DNA from: Candidatus Scatovivens sp.
Lineage (GTDB): Bacteria > Bacillota > Clostridia > TANB77 > CAG-508
Assembly (NCBI GenBank): GCA_045646345.1
Contig: JAZRKN010000011.1
Span: 32,001 to 96,000, forward strand
Direction of reading: 5' to 3'
DNA: 64,000 nt
The position numbers were made by a program, and so were the translations under genes. How positions within the stretch are numbered: the stretch's first letter is position 1; every line of letters starts with the position of its first letter. Below, one piece after another: positions 9,482 through 21,000 of the stretch. The notes beneath the pieces are model-generated. The model did no database searches. It was not told the DNA's origin and was given only the letters and a program-made list of their open reading frames with translations.

Positions 9482-12400
9482 ATGACAATGAGATTTAAAA
9501 GAATTTTAGTCATAGCAATAGTATTTGCAATTACTTTTGTGAACTATGGTTTACCATTGCAAGCCATAGCTGCTGAAAGTACAGGCTTTTTGTTTGGTGC
9601 AAATTTATTCAAAAAAGACGAAATAGCTTTAAAAGCTTATTTTGACGATGATAATGCGCAAAAAACAAAAGTTTTAAACGTAAATGATACCGCTAGACTA
9701 ACCGTTGAAGTAACTCCTTTGATTGAGGGGTATTTGAAATCTGGAAGTTTAAAATTAAATTTCACGAATGGAAATGAAAATAACTTCAGAATTCAAAAAA
9801 TTGAAGTAGAAAGCGAAGATAAGGAGATAGTTCCAGAAGCTGATTCAGCTCAAGAAATGGTTCAAGATGTCGAAGACATCATTCCAGTAGAACCAGCTGG
9901 AAAAGATGAGCCAAATGAAGATAAACCAATACAAAGTTTCTTGACTGAAGGAACTAAAGATACGCTTCAAAATGTTAAGAGTATACCAGGAGGTTTAGAA
10001 AGTTTATTAAACGGTTCTGCGATAGAAAGTCTTTTACAACAAGAACCAGTTGAAGAAGAGAAATCAGAAGATGTTGTGGTTGATAATTCTATTACAGAAA
10101 TGCCAGTTCAAGAGGAAGAAAAATTAGAAGCCACTATAGAAAATAAACCTGAAACCGAAAAAGAAGATGAGAAACCAATAGAAGAAAATAAAGGTTTATC
10201 AGATTTATTGGTGTCTGAAAAAACAGAAGAAGTTGAAACAACAATTTTTGAAGAAATAGTTGTTGTTAAAGAAAATGAAATCGAATTGAATAATGTTATT
10301 GATAATACAAAAATCTATGTTGATATCGTATATAAACAAAGCGAAGCAATCAAAGTAGAAGATTTGTATAACAATATCAAAATAACTTTGGAAGGAAATT
10401 ACATCAACAAAAATTTAGATGTTCTTGAAGTAGTAGATGAAGATGAAATTACATTAGGATGGGAATATTCTAAAGAAGTGGATGTGATTTCAAACTACGT
10501 TAAAGTGTCACCATTTACAGTTGGTGAGAACTTAGGAACAATTGTAACTAATGACGTAATCATTAGAAGAGCAATCAAAGAACCTAATTATTTACCTCTT
10601 AAAGAAACAAATATCAAACTTATAATCCCTAAAATAAATGATAAATTGCCTACAGCAGTAAATGTTATCGCAGAAAACTTAATGGCAACATGTGGACAAG
10701 AATTAAATAAAGTAGTGTTTACACAAGATAATTGGACATATGATGAAGCAACTGGAGAAATGCAAATCACAGTGAGAAATGAAAATGCAGTGGTATCTCA
10801 AGGTGATGATAAATTTACAATAATCTGTAGATATGAAGACTATGTTAATACAGAAACAATAACATTAGAGAAAGATATAGTTGTTAAAGTTGAAGAATAT
10901 AATTCAAATTCAAATAAAGTTTATGAAAAAGAATTAAAAGAAGTAGAAGAAAAAGAAATATATGCTGGAGAAGTTATTACATATACAGCATCAGCAACAG
11001 AAGAGAAAATAAACAAAGGTAGAATAAACGCAAACTACAATGCAGAAGTACAATATGAAACAGAATTTTCTACAATATTAAATGTAAACTTATTAACAAG
11101 TGATCTTTTAGAAGAAATCAAAATAGAAGGATTTAAAGATGTATATGTAGATGCTGAAAATAAAGAGTTTGATGCTTCAAAAGATGTAATGTATAAAAAA
11201 GTAAAATTATATTACTCAGAAGTTAAGGACATGCTAGAAAAAGGAACAACAATTGATTTATTAGATGAAAATGACAATGTGTTGCATACATTGACAAAAG
11301 AAAATACAACAAATCAAGATGGTTGTGATTTGGAAATAACACAAAGAGTTAAACAAGCAAAAATAAGAATTAACAATATTCAAACAAATGGAAACATAAC
11401 AATTGAATTCGTAAAAGTAATTGCCAAAAGTAACTATTCATTAATCGAATTTAATAATTTTGAGAAAATAGTAAGTAAATCAAAAGCTTTTGTTAAATAT
11501 GTAGACATGGAAGAAAGATTTGCATTAAAAGAAGTAGAGGCTGAAAAAGTATTTACAGAAAGTCAAACAAAAGCAACTTTAAATATTAATAAAGAATACT
11601 TATCTACAGTAAAAGACAATTACAATGTAGAATTAAAAATTGAATTAAATAATAACTTAGAAACAAGCGATTTATATAAAAATCCAGTTTTCGAAATAGT
11701 ATTCCCAGGATATATTAAAGATGTTGAAATACAAAATATGAACTTATTCCATGAAGATGGATTAAGAGTAAATGATTTTAAAACATTTACTCAAGATGGA
11801 GAAATAAGATTAAAATTAGAACTTATAGGAACACAAAAATCATTCTGTGAATCAAGCTTGACAAATGGAACAAACATAATTATTAATGCCAATATTAAAG
11901 TGGATGAAGCAACACCAAGAAAACAAGATGAGATTAGATTATTTTACTTTAATGAAGCTGCAACAAATTATCAAGCAGAAACTGAATGGAACATTGATAA
12001 AGGAATACCAGGCAACATAGTAAAAGCTAAAAATGGTTTTGATGCGGCTGTTATTGAATATCAAGCTCCAGTTGGATTGATTGCAATAAATTCTATTGAA
12101 AATTATGATGGACAATCAAGTGTATTAAAATCAGTAAAACAAGGTGAAGTAAAAGATATGCTTTTTGTAGGAAAACCTGCACAAAGAGCAAAAATTAGAA
12201 TATCTACATTAAATAATACAGGTAATGATTGTACAGATATGTGTATAGTAGGTAGAATTCCATTTGAAGGAAATAAACATATTGAAACAGGTAAAGATTT
12301 GGGATCAACATTAACAATACCAATGCTAGACTTAATTGAAGAAGATTCTGAAAATAAAATCAAAGCCAAAATATATTATTCAACAAATGGAGAAGCTACA

Positions 12401-15070
12401 AGAGAGTTATATGCAAATGGAAATAACTGGTCAGAAACTATTGAAGATATTTCAAAAGTAAAATCATTCTTAATTGTTCCAGAAGGAACATTTAACGCAG
12501 GAGAAATTTTGAATTATTCATATAATGTAGAAATTCCTGCAAATCTTCCATATGAAGGAAAAATATATGGCACATTTACAGCTTATTATAACAATCATAC
12601 AGAATATGCAACTGTATATGAGGCAACAACTGCTGATAAAGTTGGATTAGAAACAGAACCAGGGCCAAAGATTGAGGCTTCAATGAGTGTTGATATTGGT
12701 GAAGGAACAGAAGTAAAAGAAGGTAAAGTACTAGAATATACAGTCAATGTAAAAAATACTGGAAGTATAATAGCAGAAAATGTTTATGTGAAAATGGATG
12801 CACCAATGCATACAAGATTTGTTGAATTTAAAACAATGGTAAATGATTCTGAAATAAGCGGAATTGAATATGTTGAATTAGAAAGTGCAAAACAAGAAGT
12901 AAAAATAAATAACTTAAAACCAAATGAATCACAAGAAGTTAAATTATTAGTAAAAACATTAGAAGAGATTTCTGATGAAAGAGAAAATGAAAATTATATA
13001 ATCGAAGCAGAAGCTGAAATAGAAGTATCAAATTTTGCGATAAAAACAAAAACAAATACTATAAAAAATAAACTAGTAAATGGTAATTTTATAATAAAAG
13101 CTTCAGCAAACATTCCAAATGAATTAAATGATAGAAGTATATATACATATAATTATCAAATTAAAAATTCTTCACAAAGAGATTTGGAAAACGCAAAAAT
13201 AATTTGTGAATTACCAAGAGAATTAAAATATGAAGAGTCATCTATCGAATTAATAACAGATGAAAATTTAAAAACAATATATAACGAAGAAAAACACTGT
13301 GTTGAGGTTGAGATTCCAAAATTTGTTCTATATACAAAAGCTAATTTAAGAATTAAACTAAAAGTTGCAAAAGCAACGAATGAATTAGTCACACCGAAAT
13401 TAACAGTTAAAGCAGATGGAATAGAAGAACAAGCAGCAGCTTTGAATTCAAAAATAGATACAGGTGTTTTAGAAGCTAAGGTTGAATTAGATAAAGAAGA
13501 TGTTGTTAAAGAAAGAGAAGAAGTTGTTTATAAAGTTGTAATTACAAATATAGGAAAAACAGATGCATCTGAAGTTGTAGTACAAGCAATTCCTTCTATG
13601 AATTTAGAAAATGTAAGTATAAATTTTGAAGGATCAAGTACAGGAGCAATAAATAAAGTTAATGGTAAATATGAGACGATTTTCAGAGACTTAAAAGCTA
13701 ATAGTGAAGTTGAAATTATAATAAAAGGTATTGCAACAGATTTGGAAAATGAGACAGAAGAGAAGATTATTGAAAATCAAATTTTAGTAAATTATTGTGG
13801 AGAAGATGTAGCTTCATTAATTTCTAATTCAATAACGATTGTAAATAATTATGAAATAGCAGAAGAAGTAAAACAAGAAGAAAAAATTGTTGAAGATATA
13901 CTATCTGAGGAAAATTCATTACAACTAAATAAAGAAGAATCTTCTATAAATAATAATGAAGATGAACTAATTAAAGAAGAATTAATAGAAGATTCATTAG
14001 TAAATTCTCCAGTGATTAACGAAGTAAAAGAAGAAGTAGTGTTACCAGAAAAAGAACCAGTGAAAGAAGAACCACTAGAAGAAAAATATATTATTTCTGG
14101 TAGAGTTTGGAATGATAAAAACAAAAATGGAGCAAGGGAAGTTGATGAAGAATTTTTAAATGGTATAGATGTTGAATTATATCAAGGAAAAGAATTGTTG
14201 ATGTCAACAAAGACTAATAGTGTAGGTTTTTATAATTTTGCAGAATTACTAAAAGGAAAATATACTATAGTATTCAATTATGATGGAGAAATATATACTG
14301 CAACAACTTATAATAAAGAGAATGTAGCACAAAAAGTTTCTTCAAAAGCTATTGAAGTTGTTGAAGGAAAAGCTAGTTCAAATGAATTAACTATAGATAA
14401 TGCAAATATTGAATATATTAATTTAGGATTAGTTGTAAGAGAAAAATTTAATTTAGCAATAAATAAATATGTAACTAAAGCTGTAATTAATATTGATGAT
14501 AAAAAAGAAGAATATGAATTTGAAGATTTAAAACTAGCAAAGATTGAAATTGATCCAGGAAAATTAAACAAATCAATAGTTGATTTAACATATAAAATTG
14601 TGATTGAAAATATCGGAAATGTTGATGGTTATGCAACTATGATAAATGATTTAATGCCAGAAGGAATGATATTTAATAAAGACGTCAACAATGGATGGTA
14701 TTTAAGTGATGATGGAACTATTTATAATGATACTTTAAAAGACAAAGTTATAAAACCTGGAGAAAAGCTTGAATTAATATTAGTACTTTCAAAACATATG
14801 ACAGAAGAGAATACAGGTATAATAAGTAATAAAGTATTATTAGAAAATGCTACAACAGAAGCTGATGTAAAAGAAAATAAGGAATATAATTTGGATTCAC
14901 AAGAAGTATTGATTCTAGTAAAAACAGGTTATACGGTTCCAATAATTTTAGTAGTAATTGTTACTACAATAACTATAATGATAGTAAGTAATAAAAAGAT
15001 TTATTTTAAAACAAAGGATAAAGGATCGAATAAGATGAAAAAGAATTTGTTTAAGAAAGTTTATAGATAA
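9482..15070 (+). CDS. Giant cell-surface protein with DUF11/CnaB-like and SdrD-B-like Ig domains
   Basis: Signal peptide; LEYTVNVKNTG, YKVVITNIG and YKIVIENIGNVDG (DUF11-like); ISGRVWNDKNKNG...GFYNF (SdrD B-like); VKTG + TM + basic tail. Confidence 0.75.
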   Translation: MTMRFKRILVIAIVFAITFVNYGLPLQAIAAESTGFLFGANLFKKDEIALKAYFDDDNAQKTKVLNVNDTARLTVEVTPLIEGYLKSGSLKLNFTNGNENNFRIQKIEVESEDKEIVPEADSAQEMVQDVEDIIPVEPAGKDEPNEDKPIQSFLTEGTKDTLQNVKSIPGGLESLLNGSAIESLLQQEPVEEEKSEDVVVDNSITEMPVQEEEKLEATIENKPETEKEDEKPIEENKGLSDLLVSEKTEEVETTIFEEIVVVKENEIELNNVIDNTKIYVDIVYKQSEAIKVEDLYNNIKITLEGNYINKNLDVLEVVDEDEITLGWEYSKEVDVISNYVKVSPFTVGENLGTIVTNDVIIRRAIKEPNYLPLKETNIKLIIPKINDKLPTAVNVIAENLMATCGQELNKVVFTQDNWTYDEATGEMQITVRNENAVVSQGDDKFTIICRYEDYVNTETITLEKDIVVKVEEYNSNSNKVYEKELKEVEEKEIYAGEVITYTASATEEKINKGRINANYNAEVQYETEFSTILNVNLLTSDLLEEIKIEGFKDVYVDAENKEFDASKDVMYKKVKLYYSEVKDMLEKGTTIDLLDENDNVLHTLTKENTTNQDGCDLEITQRVKQAKIRINNIQTNGNITIEFVKVIAKSNYSLIEFNNFEKIVSKSKAFVKYVDMEERFALKEVEAEKVFTESQTKATLNINKEYLSTVKDNYNVELKIELNNNLETSDLYKNPVFEIVFPGYIKDVEIQNMNLFHEDGLRVNDFKTFTQDGEIRLKLELIGTQKSFCESSLTNGTNIIINANIKVDEATPRKQDEIRLFYFNEAATNYQAETEWNIDKGIPGNIVKAKNGFDAAVIEYQAPVGLIAINSIENYDGQSSVLKSVKQGEVKDMLFVGKPAQRAKIRISTLNNTGNDCTDMCIVGRIPFEGNKHIETGKDLGSTLTIPMLDLIEEDSENKIKAKIYYSTNGEATRELYANGNNWSETIEDISKVKSFLIVPEGTFNAGEILNYSYNVEIPANLPYEGKIYGTFTAYYNNHTEYATVYEATTADKVGLETEPGPKIEASMSVDIGEGTEVKEGKVLEYTVNVKNTGSIIAENVYVKMDAPMHTRFVEFKTMVNDSEISGIEYVELESAKQEVKINNLKPNESQEVKLLVKTLEEISDERENENYIIEAEAEIEVSNFAIKTKTNTIKNKLVNGNFIIKASANIPNELNDRSIYTYNYQIKNSSQRDLENAKIICELPRELKYEESSIELITDENLKTIYNEEKHCVEVEIPKFVLYTKANLRIKLKVAKATNELVTPKLTVKADGIEEQAAALNSKIDTGVLEAKVELDKEDVVKEREEVVYKVVITNIGKTDASEVVVQAIPSMNLENVSINFEGSSTGAINKVNGKYETIFRDLKANSEVEIIIKGIATDLENETEEKIIENQILVNYCGEDVASLISNSITIVNNYEIAEEVKQEEKIVEDILSEENSLQLNKEESSINNNEDELIKEELIEDSLVNSPVINEVKEEVVLPEKEPVKEEPLEEKYIISGRVWNDKNKNGAREVDEEFLNGIDVELYQGKELLMSTKTNSVGFYNFAELLKGKYTIVFNYDGEIYTATTYNKENVAQKVSSKAIEVVEGKASSNELTIDNANIEYINLGLVVREKFNLAINKYVTKAVINIDDKKEEYEFEDLKLAKIEIDPGKLNKSIVDLTYKIVIENIGNVDGYATMINDLMPEGMIFNKDVNNGWYLSDDGTIYNDTLKDKVIKPGEKLELILVLSKHMTEENTGIISNKVLLENATTEADVKENKEYNLDSQEVLILVKTGYTVPIILVVIVTTITIMIVSNKKIYFKTKDKGSNKMKKNLFKKVYR

Positions 15071-15084
15071 GGAGGTGAATAAAT

Positions 15085-18000
15085 ATGAAAACGATTAAAA
15101 AGATATGTTTATTAGTTTTAATGTTAATAATAACAGTTTCTGTAATAAAATATACTGTTATTTCAAACGCAACAGAAATTGAAGAACAAATTATTTCTGA
15201 AGAAGTAATAGATGTAGAAAATAATATGACTTCAGAAATATTACCAAATATGCAAGAAGATACTCAAGGAATCTTAGAAGAAAATTCAGCAAATCTAGAA
15301 AACGCATATGGTAATGAATTAGTAAGTATTTCAGAAAATGTTAGTGCTATTACAAATGTTGAAACTGAATATGTAGTAAAAACAACAACAACAACCAATC
15401 AAATCGTAAATTTAATAAACACTTTTTTGAATAACAGTGTAAATAGACCTGAAGGTGTATATAATTACTATACAGGAGTTGATATTGAAAATTGGTTAGA
15501 GAGAAATATTTATACACTTCCAAATATAGCGAGTCTAGAATATGGAGAAACTTTAGATTCATATGATGAAGATGCTATTTTAGAATTTCCACATAATGCT
15601 TCTATTACAAAAAATATGAACGAATATGTGGAGTTTGACAATAGTACTTGGTATAGACATTCGCCAAAATTAAAAGGAAAACCAACAATTTTTAAAGAAG
15701 TATATGATAACTATGTTCCAGCAAATAATTCGGATATTAAAACACAAGTTGCATATTCTAATTATAATGCAAAAAGAATTTATCCATATTGGGAACTTGG
15801 ATCTATTATAGGAACTAATGATTTAAAAGATTTAAACAATCATCATGATACACAATATGTTGATGCACATAGAATCCCATATATTTTAGCATTCTTAGAA
15901 AAAGGCTCAGAAAACTTTATGACATCTCCATCAGATGCTCAAAAAGCATTATGGGGAGCTACAGGTGCTGGTTCATATCAATACAGTGATTTATATAAAG
16001 CTTCAAAAGCTGTAGAGTATTTCTTAAATGTTGAGAAAGAAGATCATCCAACATCTTTGAATGTTAAATTGCCAAGTGGTGCTCAAGTAGGAACTGTATA
16101 TTCAGTTACTACAGCAGATTTAGATGCTATGTATGAGGCTATTGGTGGAGCTGGATTTGTTGGAGAGGCTCAACCAGAAATAACATTTGACAAAACAGCT
16201 AAAGTAAAAGTTGGACCGTTTGTTATGGGAGATTATGCATATGCTATTTCAGAATATGTTGAAGATTTTTCAGGAACAGATAAAGATAGTAAAGCCAAAC
16301 TTGAATGGCCAAGTATTATAGCTGGAATTGTTGGTGGTAAAATAACTCTTGATGATGGTACTACAATGGAAATTGGTACAAGCTCAGGATCAACAGCTAA
16401 GATCTGTTATACAGATTGGTATAACAACGTTCCATATGATTATGTTGCATCAGAACTTGGTAAATCTGTTGGAGATGTAAGGGGTGAGCTAAGAGGTTCT
16501 AATGCTCATTATATATCAGTGCCTAAAAAAGAAGGAACATATGGTTCTGGAAATAAATGGAATAAAATGGGAGCTAATACAAAAACAAGTATGGGACAAG
16601 CACCAGCACAAGTATATGATTTAAAGGTTACTATAAGGGAGGGAGGACAAGACGTAGATTATCCATTCCCACTTCCATATTCAACATTCTATATCGAAAT
16701 ACCAGTAAGTGCATGTGGCCATGGAAATGTATTGTCTTCAATAACATTTGATTATAGAACTACAGAGGTAACTGGTGAAGGTGATGTTATTATAGTAAGA
16801 GCTGCTAAAACAACAACTTCATTCAGTAAAGATAAAAATTATACTATTATAGAAGGAATTTTTGGTATTGAAGAAACTATAGAAAAACCTTGTACAAATT
16901 ATACACACAGAGGAGGTTGTTACTGTGATGGTGGACACTATAGTAAAACTTGTCATGACTGTAATTGTGATGATTATTGTATATTAGATTGTTCTTCTGA
17001 TCACCATACTTCTAGCTGTTATACTCAAAAAACATGTAGTGATTCAAATCATAAGCATGATAGCTCATGTACTGGAAAAGAGTTGACATGTACAACATCG
17101 CATGCTCACTCAAAACCAGATTGTTATAAATGCTGTACTTGTAGCGGACATTATTGGACATATTCTGGAGTTGATTGTGATGGTACATGTGAGTGTGATG
17201 GTCACCCAAATACAGTATACTGTGAACGTAACGGTGAATGGGCATATTGTGAACACTATCATAGAGAATGTACGACAGGATATAACGAAGTAGAATTAGG
17301 ACCAGATGGTGATGGTGCAACACATGGAGGTACAGTATATGGTCAACCTCTGGTTAGAATAGATGAAGCTAAAGTAAAAGTCGGAACGTATGAGTATACG
17401 AAATCTGTAAATGTTAGATTGTTTTCGGTAATAAATAGATCTGCTAAAATTGTATTTGTATGGCATGGATGGGATGAAGGAGTTACCTATGAAGGTAATG
17501 AAAACTTGTCAGGATTCTTTGATTTTACAGATTTCTCATATACAGATCCAAAACCAGCAGAAGTAGGAGATAGAGTTACATATAAAGTTTCATATGAGAA
17601 TAAAACAGCGGATGATTATTTTGCTTATGTAAGAGCAAATTATCCAGCAGATATTACGGCAAATTCTTTAACGGATATAAAAGTGAAAACAGCTGATTTA
17701 TTTGATAAAGGTTCTGCATTAATTAATAAATTTTTTAATCTTGATTTATTAAATACTACTTTCATAAAACCAGATGCTAATAATATGCAACATATAGTTA
17801 ATACGGGAGCAAGTAGGACTGGTAGTGCGAAAGTTTTATTAAAAGGCAGGGATACACTTAACTTCTTTGTTCAATTTATATTTACAACGGATTGGAAAAT
17901 GAATCCAAATACTAACGAATATTATTCATTAGTTGCAGACATTACTAGTAGAGATGGAAAAGCTAAGAGTACAACAGACATGTCTATAGATTTTGCAAGA

Positions 18001-21000
18001 CGTCCGTATATGAACAATATAGATTTTGTTAGAACAAAATATAATTCTGGAGATCCTAGACATTTAGGACCAGTTATGACAAAAGTAACTTGGATTCCAG
18101 ATACACCTAAACATAAAGAATATACTGTTAATATTAATAAATATATATATGATGTAAATCATGCTAATGGTAATACATTATATACAATGAATGCTAGTGA
18201 AGAGCGTGGAATTAATCATGATGATTCTATTACAAATAATACTTTAAATTATGATGGAGTAAAGGCAAAACATGATGCACAAGAACCATTAAAACAACAA
18301 AATCCAGTATATGTAGAATATGGTGATAGAGTTACATATAAAATAGAATTATCAAATACAAAAATTATTGATAGAGAAGAGCATCCATATTATGAACCAG
18401 ATAAAGTATATGTTACTTTAGTTGATGAATTACCACTTAAATATAGTGAATTAAAGTATACAATAGAAAGCATTGGAGAAGAAGGGGCAGAAGAACAAAA
18501 AGCACATTTACAAGTTTCAACACCTCCTGATAAATCTACATCTGGTACAAGACAAAAACTTACATTTAAAGATATAATGATTCCTAAAAATGGAACTACA
18601 ACAATTACAATTAGTTTAGTTGTAGAAGAACATACAAAAGGAACAGTAGAACAAAATAGAGCATATATAGATACTAATGAGGGAGTATATAACTTCAACA
18701 GAGGTGATTTAAGAGAAAGACAAGCACTTGAAGTTTGTACAATAACAAAACATACAAAAATAACAGGAGATTCATCAGATTGGTATAAATTGAATGATTA
18801 TAAAGTAGATATTGATAAATATATAAGCTCTTATAGATCAGAAGTACACGATAGAAATGAACAATCACATTTTACTCAAGAAACTCCGATAATAGGTAAA
18901 GCTGGTTTATCTTCATTCTTTGAAAATGGAACAATGGTAACAGGAACAACTGTAGCTGCAAACGAAGATACTAGAAGAAAAGGAATGAGTAATACTGATA
19001 AGTCTAATGATCCTGTACAAGCTGAGAAAACAGATGATTTGATATATACAATAAAATTACAAAACTTGACAAAAGAAACAAGCAATTCGTTTGTTGGTGG
19101 TAATAAAAATAGAACAGCAGTAAGGGTATCTAAGGTAATTGAAGAAATTTCTCAAGGAATAGATGTAAAAGAAGTAAAAGCATATATTTATTATAGTAGC
19201 GGTTCAAGAAAGAGAGATATAACTCAATATTTACATATAACACCAGATATATCTGATGGAGCTACTAAATATGAATTTACATTAGATCATGTATATAATA
19301 CTCTATTAATGCAAAATGAATATGTAGTATTTTATGTACGAGCTAAGGTGTCAGAAAGCAATATGAGCTTAGCAAAATTAACTAATAAAGCGACACTTGC
19401 TGTATTAACCAATATAAATACTCCAGATACAACAGATATAAATTCATCTTCTGAAGATGGAAGAGTAGTTAAGGAAGAACAACCAGGAGGTTACAATGAA
19501 AATACAATAACTAATAGCTCATCTACAGAATATATTAGAATGAAAGACTTAGTAATCTCTGGTAAAGTTTGGTTAGACAAAGATAGAGACGGAAAAATGG
19601 AAGCAGAAGATTTATCTTTACTAACAGATAAAGAAAAAGAATTATATAAAGCTAATGGAGCAATGGCTGGTAAAGCTGGAGTGGAAGTTAGACTTTATAG
19701 AGAAGGACAAGCTACTCCTGTAAGGATAACATACACAGATGGAAGTGGTAAATACACGTTCTCTAAGAGTGGTGGTGCTTGGTGTGAAAACTCATTTAAT
19801 GGAAGCGGTCCAAATTATAACGCTGGAACAAATTATCAACGTATAGACAAAGCTACTGGAAAAGATGGTTTCGGAAATTATACAAGTGGAAGTGCATACA
19901 TTAAATACTATATTGAGTTCGTATATGACGGTGTTCTTTATAAGAGTACAGAGTTATATTCTAGACCAGATTACGATGCAATGAGTAGAGCTGATCAAGG
20001 TATGACAAATTTAACTGGAGGAGGAAATTATAATAATAACTATTTATACGACTCAAACGCTGCTGAAAAAGATGATGTGAGAAAAACATTTAATACAAAA
20101 TATGAATATGTTACATATAATGCAGCACTTACAGGTCCTAATGGAGGAACAAATCCAGGTGGAACATTAAACTTTGATAAAATTGGACATACATCATTAT
20201 TGAAAGAAAATCCAGAAAGAGCAATGACAGCAAGAACATTCATAAATGATGAAACAAATGAAGACAACTACTTATGGTTATATACAGGAAGTGGAGTTGG
20301 TGGTCCAAATACAGAGTATTTAAAATACATTAATTTAGGTTTAGAGTTAAGAGAAGAAGTTGATATTTCATTAACAAAAGACGTTTACAAAGTTAAAACA
20401 ACAATAAATGGTGAAACAATGGAATATAGCTTTAACGAAAACTATGGACTAAATGGTGTTGGAGCTGGACTTGGTGGTTCAAATCCTACAGCAAATGAAT
20501 ATTTAAATGACTTTATTATAGCAAAACCATATGGTCTAGAACTTTATGAATCTGACTATAAATATAGAGCAGACCAATATTTTGCAGATAAAGTAATAGA
20601 ATATAAAGGAATTGCAAGTGAGCTTAATGTTGAAGTAACATATAGAATCACGGTAGATAATAAACCAATTTCAGATGATGATGAGGTTAAAAAGACAAAA
20701 GATTATGTTACAGAAACAAACTTACTAGTTAAAGTTAACGAAATAATGGATGTTTATGAAGATAACTTTATCAAATATGGAGCAAGACCAAATAATGAAA
20801 TTACTGTAAAAACTAAAAATGCAGGTGGATACTTAGAAGACTTGAAAGTTAAAACTATAGAAGCTTGGTATTATAAAGATGTAGGAGATGGAAATGGTAA
20901 CTACAGAAGACTAAAAGAAGAAACTCCTACACAAAAACCAACATATGAAGAATTTGCTGGTGGTAGATATCAAAAAGTAGACTTAATAGTTTCTGATGCA

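Noticed and set aside
16891-17271. Cys/His segment as a diversity-generating retroelement target
   Set aside because: No reverse transcriptase and no template/variable repeat pair seen in the window
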